Source of the DNA: Podarcis tiliguerta
Taxonomy: Eukaryota
Assembly: GCA_965153285.1 (NCBI GenBank)
Contig: OZ229112.1
Length of the DNA stretch: 64,000 bases
Direction: 5' to 3' (one strand)
The translations under genes were made by a program, and so were the position numbers. Positions within the stretch are counted from its first letter, which is position 1. The number at the start of each line of letters is the position of its first letter. Below the pieces are notes generated by a model that did not search any database, had not been told where the DNA came from, and saw only the letters and a program-made list of their open reading frames with translations. Shown in pieces: positions 62,005 to 64,000 of the stretch.

Positions 62005-63626
62005 TTTTTATATTTTTATATACACATAAAATCCCAGGGCACTATCTTTTAAAAGTTAAGCCAGGCTGCAATGCTACAACCATGTATTTAGGAATAAGAT
62101 TTGTTGAATTTATTAAACATGCATAGGGTTGGGTATTTAAAAGCCACCAATCTTAATGGGAGACTCAAACATAAATATATCCCCTATTGAAAACAATAAA
62201 ACTTCTAAGATCTACCTTGCAAAAGCACTGCCAGACTCATCAGATTAGGGTGGACTAGCCATAACCTAAGTAACTCTTAAACTGGTCTTCATTGTAGTGA
62301 CTTGCAAACACAAGCCTTCTTCAAAACTTACACCTCCAAATTTTATTGGTTGCTCTTTTGTCACAAAACAGAGGTACAGTATTCAAGTTTCCAGCTGTAT
62401 TAAAATGTGCAAACTGTAAATATTAGTCAGTATGAGAGCCGGTTTGCCCTTTCTGCATTTTCAAGGCAGGACCTGAAGGGCTGAATGAGAGTGAGAGAAC
62501 CAAGTTATTGGTGCACTTAAGCAGAAAGGGCCACAGAGCTTTCGTTTTTGCAAATTTGGCCAAACATGACTGAAATGGAATAAAGCAGTTCCTGAGATGT
62601 GGTCACGACCATTCACGAAAGGCTGGGTTAAAGAAGTTGAAAACTGATAGTAGGAGGAGAAGCTATTCCAGGACCACATGTAGCCTTTTTTTGTTTTGTT
62701 TTTCAAGGGTCTGGCAGTTCTGTTATGCAAAAAGAAAAATCACATCCTGTACAAAAAACACACCCACACCTCGCAACCAATTTACCATGCTCTGAATAAA
62801 TTATGCAAATGAGCAAAATCTAACTTTGATTAATTCAAATTGCAATACTTGTATTTCAAAGAGTTCAGAATCTTTTTGTGAGTGGGGAGGCGATACAGTG
62901 TAAGGAACAAATGGACATAACAGATGGGAGTGGTAGTGGTAAATTAAGCTACAGGGCAAAAGGCAGAAATTCAGAATAGAAGGACCTGTCAATTTATTTT
63001 AAAACTTTTCTCTACCACAAAGCCTAACAACTTGGACTTTCTAGAAGAAATCCGATTTAATTGTGGAACACAAGCCATCACCAGTTGCTTTCTCTTATTC
63101 CCTGAGTTTAAAAATGTCCAGCAGTAACACAAAATTATGGGAGAGGATACTTGAATTGATAATGCATAAATAAACATATTGCTCATGTACTGTGTACTGC
63201 AAACAAAACTTAATGTACCACTGGACAAGTTACGGTAGTTATATGTTGCTCTTGTATTTACATGAAAACCAATAAAGATTATTTGACCGGGGGGAGAGAA
63301 TTATGGGTTTAGAATTATGGTTAATGGTTAATCCCCCTGCTGACTGACCCTTGAGACAAAAACATAAACCTGTTTGGAAATGTGCAAGGCCATTAAAAAG
63401 AGAGAGAAAAGTGTCCTTTGTCCAATTACTTACTGATTTACTGCTATTCACTAGATATTCAACTTGCACAAAATGGTATGGGTAAAAGATCGCTAAAATA
63501 TTTAAGAAGAAATTCTTAGTGCTCAGGTTTCTATCTGTGTCTAATTTTAAGGTTGTCCCAAAACAACAACAGGTCCTGTTTACCCCAGAGCATCATCTGA
63601 AGGTGCATGAAGCGACTGCATCACCA

Positions 63627-63773
63627 AAGCTAAGCAGGTTTGGGTCCAGTCAGTGCCTGGGTGAGTGACTGCCTGGGAACCACATGCAAGCCACCCTGGG
63701 TTCCATGATGGAAGGAAGACGGAATATAAATGTATGGAAACAGATCAATAAATACACTTCTGCTTTAGGAAGG
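63627..63773 (+). mobile_element. 5S rRNA-derived SINE (SINE3-like) remnant
   Basis: aagctaagcaggtttgggtccagtcagtgcctgggtgagtgactgcctgggaa resembles the 5S internal control region, followed by an L2-type tail ...ggaatataaatgta...aataaata. Confidence 0.65.
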
Positions 63774-64000
63774 CAATATCTGAGATTTCAGTTTTTTGGT
63801 GTGTGTGTGTTTTTTTTACCCTGTTTTCCTGATGGGTTCAGTGTGGCTTGGATGCTCTGTAGTCTCATCAAAAGCCACCGTGAGTAGTTTTGTCAGCAGT
63901 GTGTTGATGGAGAGGAAGGACGTGGAAGGACATGTGGATCCAGAATTGGCCTCCACAGTCACTTACGGACTCACTGTTAAAACTGTGTTTATGGAAGACA

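Noticed and set aside
63627-63680. 5S rRNA gene
   Set aside because: Partial, diverged and lacking the 5' half and oligo-T terminator.
1-64000. Host protein-coding gene from the ORF track
   Set aside because: All ORFs are short (up to 173 aa). The ones I recognise are Bov-B or CR1 C-termini, or read through MITEs; none resembles a cellular protein or chains into a spliced model.

Overview
Vertebrate genomic DNA, about 40% GC by eye and CpG-depleted. The repeat content (POMU-type Sauria SINEs, a Squam3-like SINE, lizard-type Bov-B, CR1 and many hAT and Tc1/pogo MITEs) points to a squamate, most likely a lacertid lizard; this is inferred from recalled repeat families, not from a database search. 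I could not recognise any host protein-coding exon, intact tRNA/rRNA gene, viral gene or CRISPR array. The ORF track is explained by Bov-B/CR1 fragments, MITEs and chance ORFs. The window looks like a gene desert or large intron: dense, often nested transposon relics alternate with repeat-free AT-rich blocks that look like conserved non-coding enhancers, and there is one 128-N gap. Best leads: (1) a ~760-bp insert that splits a Bov-B copy with no target-site duplication and whose joined ends form a long hairpin, as expected for a solo DIRS/Ngaro unit integrated by a tyrosine recombinase; (2) an 88-nt hairpin with a 39-bp stem made of SINE tails, resembling a pre-miRNA; (3) a composite DNA transposon with an unusual 6-bp TSD; (4) a PBX-HOX/MEIS motif module and an E-box cluster in unique sequence. 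I found no evidence for a new multi-gene system.
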